Assembly: GCA_965207065.1 (NCBI GenBank)
Contig: OZ242260.1
Span: 3,194,514 to 3,258,513 of the forward strand
From: a bacterium
GTDB lineage: Bacteria; UBA8248
Reading direction: 5' to 3'
DNA length: 64,000 nt
Position 1 is the first letter of the stretch; each line of letters starts with the position of its first letter. The translations under genes were made by a program, and so were the position numbers. The notes under the pieces are model-generated. The model saw only the letters and a list, made by a program, of their open reading frames with translations, was not told the origin of the DNA and ran no database searches. Shown in pieces: positions 59,988 through 64,000 of this stretch.

Positions 59988-60929
59988 CTATCGCCCTCGT
60001 TCTTGTTTCTTCTTTGCCCTGGGGTGCGCATCGTCATATACGGCGCGCAAATGAGAAAAATCCACCTGTGTGTATCTTTGTGTCGTGGATAGGCTTGCGT
60101 GTCCCAATAGTTCCTGAATCGATCTCAGGTCGGCCTCCTGGCTTTCCAGCAAATGCGTCGCCGCCGTATGGCGGAGAGCATGAGGGGTGAAATGATAACC
60201 GAAACCGCCTTTTTTTTCATACGCAAGGAAGATGGAACGCACGAAGGCCGGTGAAATCCGCTTGTTTCGTTTGTTGATGAATAGGGGCGTATCCTCGTGA
60301 GGAGCTATTCCTGCTTGCGCGAGATGGTTGTCTACAGCCTTTTCCGCTTCTTTGGTGATGGGTACGATTCTCTCTTTTCTTCCTTTCCCGCGAACGCGGA
60401 TGAGTCTTTCCGCCATGTTCAAGTCGGAGCGGTTCAGCCCTGTCAATTCGCTGACGCGCAGGCCCGAGCCGTAGAGAAGCTCGAAGATCGCCTTGTCCCT
60501 CATGCCTTCGGGGGTCGAAGTATCGGGCATCTCCATGAGGCGGACAGCGTCATCCACGGGCAGGAAGGTAGGCAGGGGCCTGTTTTCTTTGGGAGAGGGG
60601 ACCTCTCCCGCCGGGTCGGATAGGGGGAGGCCCTCTCGCCTCAAGAAACGAAACAGGCTCCGTATGCTCGATAGATGCCGATTCACCGTCGCAGGGGAGA
60701 CTCCCTTGCGGTACAAAAATCCGAGGTAGCCTCTGACGGCCAGAGAGTCGATTTCATCCAACGGAACCGGCTTCTGCGCCCAATCGGTGAGGAACTCATC
60801 GAAATCTTTCAAGTCCGCCGCGTATGCGCGAAGCGTGTGTTCTGAACTGTCTCGCTCATCGCGCAAATGCGCTTCAAACAACTCCCGAGCTTCGCTCAGA
60901 CAGTTTGTGAGTCGAGTTTGCTTCGCCAT
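59988..60929 (-). CDS. xerC: Tyrosine recombinase XerC
   Basis: HALRHTAATHLLE...LGHASLSTTQRYT catalytic R-H-R-Y region. Upstream of hslVU. Confidence 0.85.
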   Translation of the reverse strand: MAKQTRLTNCLSEARELFEAHLRDERDSSEHTLRAYAADLKDFDEFLTDWAQKPVPLDEIDSLAVRGYLGFLYRKGVSPATVNRHLSSIRSLFRFLRREGLPLSDPAGEVPSPKENRPLPTFLPVDDAVRLMEMPDTSTPEGMRDKAIFELLYGSGLRVSELTGLNRSDLNMAERLIRVRGKGRKERIVPITKEAEKAVDNHLAQAGIAPHEDTPLFINKRNKRISPAFVRSIFLAYEKKGGFGYHFTPHALRHTAATHLLESQEADLRSIQELLGHASLSTTQRYTQVDFSHLRAVYDDAHPRAKKKQERGR

Positions 60930-62230
60930 TGCTCCAAATCCTCGATAGCGCGATTGGTGACGTGCTTTTTCCTCAACTTTTTGGGAACGCGCTTTTCCAG
61001 GGGCGGAAAGAGGCCGTAGTTGATGTTCATGGGCTGGAATTTTTTTGGATTCGCTTCGATGATGTAGCGATTCAATGCGCCGAGCGCAGTTGTGGCGGGC
61101 GGGGGAGTGATGGGTTCTCCCTGTATGGTGGCTGCCGCATTGATTCCCGCGATAAGGCCGATGGCGGCCGATTCAAGGTATCCTTCCACGCCGGTGAGTT
61201 GGCCCGCCATGAAAATATGCGGGTGACGCTTGAGTTGCAAGGTAATCCGCATCAGGCGCGGCGCATTGATGTAGGTATTCCGGTGCAGGCTTCCGTAGCG
61301 TAGAAAACGGGCTTTCTCAAGTGCGGGAAGTGTCGAGAAGATGCGTTTTTGCTCGGGGTAGCGCAGCCTGGTCTGAAATCCCACCATGGAAAAGTAATCG
61401 CCCGTCAGGTCCTCGCGCCTGAGTTGGGCGACCGCACAGTATGTTTCTCCCGTATCGGGGTGTTCGAGACCCACGGGCTTCATCGGCCCGAACGCCAGAG
61501 TGTCTTTTCCGCGAGCTGCCATTTCTTCGAGAGGAAGACAGCCCTCGAAATAGATCGCACGCTCGAATTCCCGGAGGGGGATTTTCTCGCCGACGAGAAG
61601 ATCCTCGACGAATTGGTAATACTGCGTTTCGCTGAGGCCCAGGTTGATATAGTCGCCCTCACCGCCTTCTTCGTTGCCCTTTCCGTAGCGCGAGCCCTTG
61701 AACGCCGTCGACATGTCGATACTGTCCGCATGAAGAATGGGCGAAATGGCGTCGTAGAAATAAAGGTACTTGCCTTGCGTCAGGCGGGCGATTTCGGCGG
61801 AGAGGGAATCGCTCGTGAGCGGGCCGGTGGCGACGATGGTGAGGGTTTTCTCCTCCAAATCGTTGATTTCTTCTCGGTGGATGGTGATTCGCGGATCGTT
61901 TTCGATCGTTTCGGTAATCGTCTTGCTGAAAGACGCCCGGTCGACGGCCAACGCCAAGCCTGCGGGAACCCGGCAGGAATCCGCGCCCTGCAAGATGAGC
62001 GAATCGAGTTTGCGCATCTCTTCTTTGAGTAGGCCCGAGGCGTTTTCCACCGAATTCGAGCGGAACGAATTCGAGCAGACGAGCTCGGCCAACCCGCTGG
62101 TTTCATGGGCGGGCGTTTTCTTGTGGGGACGCATTTCGTAGAGGTCGACCTCTACGCCCCGCCTGGCCGCTTGCCAGGCGGCTTCACAGCCCGCCAGGCC
62201 ACCGCCGATGATACGCAGTCTTTCGCTCAA
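60896..62230 (-). CDS. trmFO: Methylenetetrahydrofolate--tRNA-(uracil-5-)-methyltransferase TrmFO
   Basis: IIGGGLAGCEAAWQAA FAD motif. Gid/TrmFO family; 444 aa. Confidence 0.85.
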   Translation of the reverse strand: MSERLRIIGGGLAGCEAAWQAARRGVEVDLYEMRPHKKTPAHETSGLAELVCSNSFRSNSVENASGLLKEEMRKLDSLILQGADSCRVPAGLALAVDRASFSKTITETIENDPRITIHREEINDLEEKTLTIVATGPLTSDSLSAEIARLTQGKYLYFYDAISPILHADSIDMSTAFKGSRYGKGNEEGGEGDYINLGLSETQYYQFVEDLLVGEKIPLREFERAIYFEGCLPLEEMAARGKDTLAFGPMKPVGLEHPDTGETYCAVAQLRREDLTGDYFSMVGFQTRLRYPEQKRIFSTLPALEKARFLRYGSLHRNTYINAPRLMRITLQLKRHPHIFMAGQLTGVEGYLESAAIGLIAGINAAATIQGEPITPPPATTALGALNRYIIEANPKKFQPMNINYGLFPPLEKRVPKKLRKKHVTNRAIEDLEQWRSKLDSQTV

Positions 62231-64000
62231 GCCGAGGCCTCCTGGGCGGGGGTGACTTTCGAGGCTTCCTTCCGCTCGACGAGTTCAGGAGGACATTCTA
62301 CCGCATATCCGCATTCTTTCTTGGGGCAGGCGAGCTGGTTCCCGTTCTTCTTGGTCGTCTTTATCGTCAGGATGGGATTCCCGCAAGAGGGGCAGGGCTG
62401 CGCCACGGGCCAATCCCAGGCGACGGTCTTGCACCCAGGGAAGCGATTGCACCCGTAGAACGGTTTTCCGGTACGGCGGGAGCGCCGCTCCACCAGTTCC
62501 CCGTCGCAATCCTCACGGGGGCAGGACACGCCGGTCGTCCTGGGGGCAGGGGCGGCCTGTCCATTGCCGAGCGCTTTTCTTTTCTTGTGCGTATCCGGGG
62601 ATGCCGTGCAGGAGAGATATATTCCAAAAGGTCCTCGTTTCGCCTGCATGGGCGCGCCGCACTCCTCGCAAGGCTGGGCGAGTTCCTCGATACGGGCCAT
62701 CTCTTCCGCCGCTTCCGGCTCAGGCTCGTTCTCGGTGGGAATGCTTTCCGAATAACGGCAGCCCGGGTAACCCGAACACGATATGAACCAGCCGTTTTTG
62801 CTGAATTTCTTCACCAGCTCACGCTCGCATTCAGGACAATTTCTGCCGATGGGTTCTCCTTTGGTCTTGAGATTCGGCAGTTCTTTTTTGGCTATCTGAA
62901 TTTTCCTGTCGAAACTGTCGTAAAAATCTCTCATCACGGGCAGCCACGACGTCGTTCCGTTCTCGATGTCATCGAGATATTTTTCCATCTTTGCGGTGAA
63001 ACCCACGTCGATCTGGTCGGGAAAACCCTGTATGAGAAGGCGGTTCACTTCCCGGCCAAGGGAGGAGGGCGTGAATTGCCTGCGTTTTCTTTCTATGGTG
63101 ACGTATTTGCGCTTCTCCAACGTGTCCAGGATGCTCGCGTAGGTGCTCGGGCGACCCACGCCGTCTTCTTCGAGTTCCTTCACCAAAGAGGCTTCCGTAT
63201 AGCGCGGCGGAGGCTGGGTGAAGTGCTGCTCGGGCGCGACGCCGGTGGGAGCGGATTCGGATTTCACGAGCGATAGAGGGTCGGCGTCCTCGAGAGGCGG
63301 AAGCAGCCTGTCTTTACCGGAACCGGCTGACCTGGAATTCGGGCCGTCCGCGTTGTTCCCGGGTTCGGAATCGCTTTGATATACCCTCAAAAAACCCTTG
63401 AATTTCAGGACGGAACCGCTTGCCCGCAGGAGGAGTTCCTCATCCTCTTGATGGTCGTGAGTGATGTCCACGCTCGTCTGGTCGTAAACGGCCGACGTCA
63501 TCTGGCATGCGAGAAAGCGCCTCCATATGAGGCTGTAGAGAGAGAATTGTTCGGGTTTCAGGAAAGCGCGCACCTTCTCGGGCGTGAGCCCGACATCGGT
63601 GGGCCGTATCGCCTCATGCGCGTCCTGGGCCGTCTCCCTCGTCTTGTAGACGTTCGGCCTATGGGGAAGGTGGTCTTTCCCGTATTTCGTCTCGACATAC
63701 GAGCGGGCCGCGGCGATGGACTCAGGCGCCAGGCGTACGGAATCCGTTCTCATATAAGTGATGAGGCCGACGTTTCCCGCTTCGCGTCCCAGGTTCACCC
63801 CTTCATATAAAGACTGGGCGATGCTCATGGTCTTTTTTGCGCCGTAGCGCAGCTTGCTGGAACTTTCCTGTTGAAGAGTGCTGGTGATGAAAGGAGCGGG
63901 CGGTCTGCGCCGACGCTCTTTTTTTTCAACCCTGGAGACTCTCAAAGCGCTGGCGGCAATTTTTTCCGCCAGTTCCATCGCTCTGGCTTCATTCGGAATT
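62227..64000 (-). CDS. topA: DNA topoisomerase I, C-terminal part; continues past the right window edge
   Basis: PAPFITSTLQQESSSKLRYGAKKTMSIAQSLYEG (Toprim/cap region) plus C-terminal Cys4 zinc ribbons. The N-terminal ~300 aa are missing from the window. Confidence 0.8.
   Translation of the reverse strand, partial: IPNEARAMELAEKIAASALRVSRVEKKERRRRPPAPFITSTLQQESSSKLRYGAKKTMSIAQSLYEGVNLGREAGNVGLITYMRTDSVRLAPESIAAARSYVETKYGKDHLPHRPNVYKTRETAQDAHEAIRPTDVGLTPEKVRAFLKPEQFSLYSLIWRRFLACQMTSAVYDQTSVDITHDHQEDEELLLRASGSVLKFKGFLRVYQSDSEPGNNADGPNSRSAGSGKDRLLPPLEDADPLSLVKSESAPTGVAPEQHFTQPPPRYTEASLVKELEEDGVGRPSTYASILDTLEKRKYVTIERKRRQFTPSSLGREVNRLLIQGFPDQIDVGFTAKMEKYLDDIENGTTSWLPVMRDFYDSFDRKIQIAKKELPNLKTKGEPIGRNCPECERELVKKFSKNGWFISCSGYPGCRYSESIPTENEPEPEAAEEMARIEELAQPCEECGAPMQAKRGPFGIYLSCTASPDTHKKRKALGNGQAAPAPRTTGVSCPREDCDGELVERRSRRTGKPFYGCNRFPGCKTVAWDWPVAQPCPSCGNPILTIKTTKKNGNQLACPKKECGYAVECPPELVERKEASKVTPAQEASA

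Overview
High-GC (~62%) chromosomal segment from a Gram-negative bacterium. It encodes LolB-like, Slam/DUF560 and TbpB-fold proteins. The exact taxon cannot be called from sequence alone; it carries Firmicutes/delta-proteobacteria-like synteny (topA-trmFO-xerC-hslVU, rpsF-ssb-rpsR-rplI). Positions 1 to ~12.4 kb form a mosaic accessory region. It begins with the promoter-proximal end of an F-type (MPF-F) conjugative T4SS operon (HTH-traA-traL-traE-traK-traB', running off the left edge), followed by two paralogous AlpA/HTH_17-type regulators. Next comes a putative type XI secretion (Slam) module: a 573-aa secreted protein with a TbpB-like C-terminal beta-barrel and a duplicated novel N-terminal domain, immediately followed by a Slam/DUF560 outer-membrane translocon gene. 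Its upstream region carries a 16-copy octanucleotide tandem repeat and an AT-rich island. The region also holds an orphan VRR-NUC nuclease, a second TbpB-fold lipoprotein and a RES-Xre toxin-antitoxin pair. All of this is interleaved with at least two families of REP/MITE-like palindromic repeats. From ~12.5 kb to the end the window is conserved housekeeping: tsaD, dusB-like, SDR, an LpoA-like lipoprotein, an M50 protease, an orphan pilM, aroB, aroQ, pepP, efp, livJHMGF, uppP, manC, manB, plsC, a TPR lipoprotein, lolB-ispE-prs-rplY-pth, hppA, rpsF-ssb-rpsR-rplI, dnaB-alr, tgt-yajC-secDF, argBDFG, hslVU-xerC-trmFO-topA'. The best candidate for a novel system is the Slam-linked cargo with its uncharacterised tandem domain and its repeat-bearing promoter region.
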